From NCBI GenBank assembly GCA_022605425.2, contig CM061248.1, positions 496,001 through 560,000 on the forward strand: a stretch of DNA of 64,000 bases. The letters run 5' to 3'. The notes below the pieces were generated by a model. It saw only the letters and a program-made list of their open reading frames with translations, did no database searches and was not told the origin of the DNA. The DNA is from Hamiltosporidium tvaerminnensis FI-OER-3-3 (taxonomy: Eukaryota; Fungi; Microsporidia). Each line of letters starts with the position of its first letter. Position 1 is the stretch's first letter. Of the stretch, positions 63,401 to 64,000 are shown piece after piece. A program made the translations under genes and the position numbers.

Positions 63401-63515
63401 AAAGAGTGGCTTGTTAGCCTTACGCCCAAGCCCGGAAAACTAATTCCTTCTGGTTCTTACTTACGACAAGCAGGGAATACTCTAGGTCAATTCTGTCTCC
63501 GGCAAGGAGGGACCG
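60430..63515 (-). mobile_element. Full-length decayed RTE-clade LINE (APE + RT)
   Basis: APE EKKAFY...LLGDMDAKIGK...SENGFRLLNFA; RT ILAYAD (~61215); RKTKVMLYKTLLRIILMYGSESW...VFERKVLRHI. Both ends are shared with the bipartite SINE. Confidence 0.88.
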
Positions 63516-64000
63516 ATCAAACCTATATTTGTTATCAAATTTGGGTTTGATTGCAAATGATAAGTTTGGACTAAGAACCTCTGCTTGGCATGTTTTTTAA
63601 GATGAAATACGTAAGCTCACAATAAAGCAGCCAACCTATAGTACTTTTTCTCAATAAGCCTTTTTTTGAACTTTATAAAGAATTTGGTCAAAGGACTTGA
63701 GTTATTTGATGAAAAGGTATAAAAAACATGAAGTCTGCATCTCTCAGTTGTAAAGCAAACTCATGATGTTTATTAAACACACCCAGTAAAAACAATTTAG
63801 AAAAAAACGTATCTGATACATAAACCAACTATTTGTTCGATACTTATTCCATAATTACTCCGTCTGCACTTTAAATCACAGCTTTAATTTCGTTCTGAAT
63901 TAACCGAAGTTTGACATCATATTTTTATTTATTCATAATGAAGCCATTCAAGAACAATCTCAGATACGATTGATTTTTTCCATTTCTTTTTATAAAATCG

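Noticed and set aside
63520-64000. Upstream continuation of UBA1 beyond the RTE
   Set aside because: No open frame or convincing UBA1 motif (e.g. IIPAIATTT); only a chance-level RRSNYGI.

Overview
Very AT-rich, apparently intron-free eukaryotic DNA. CCC motifs just upstream of start codons, Asn/Thr low-complexity insertions and reduced core genes point to a large-genome microsporidian (Hamiltosporidium-like; this is inference). Core genes: a WD40 protein (UTP21-like), MCM5 (1-bp frameshift), a DENN protein, RPA2, TFIIE-beta, RRN3, a RhoGAP, APC1 (1-bp frameshift) and an orphan UBA1 C-terminal fragment. They lie among decayed members of a lineage-specific LRR-like family and many non-LTR retroelements: 5'-truncated R4/Dong-like RLE elements, two decayed RTE LINEs and a bipartite RTE-derived SINE. 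The most unusual signal is a ~730-bp non-coding, G/U-rich, heavily base-paired element present in about 9 copies. It has its own target-site duplications, crossing (pseudoknot-like) helices and a compensatory change in a diverged copy, so it looks like a mobile large structured RNA with no recognisable tRNA/5S head. One RTE also carries a degenerate twister-ribozyme-like sequence at its 5' end, while the second RTE family has a different conserved stem-loop module in the same position. All calls were made by eye, without database searches.
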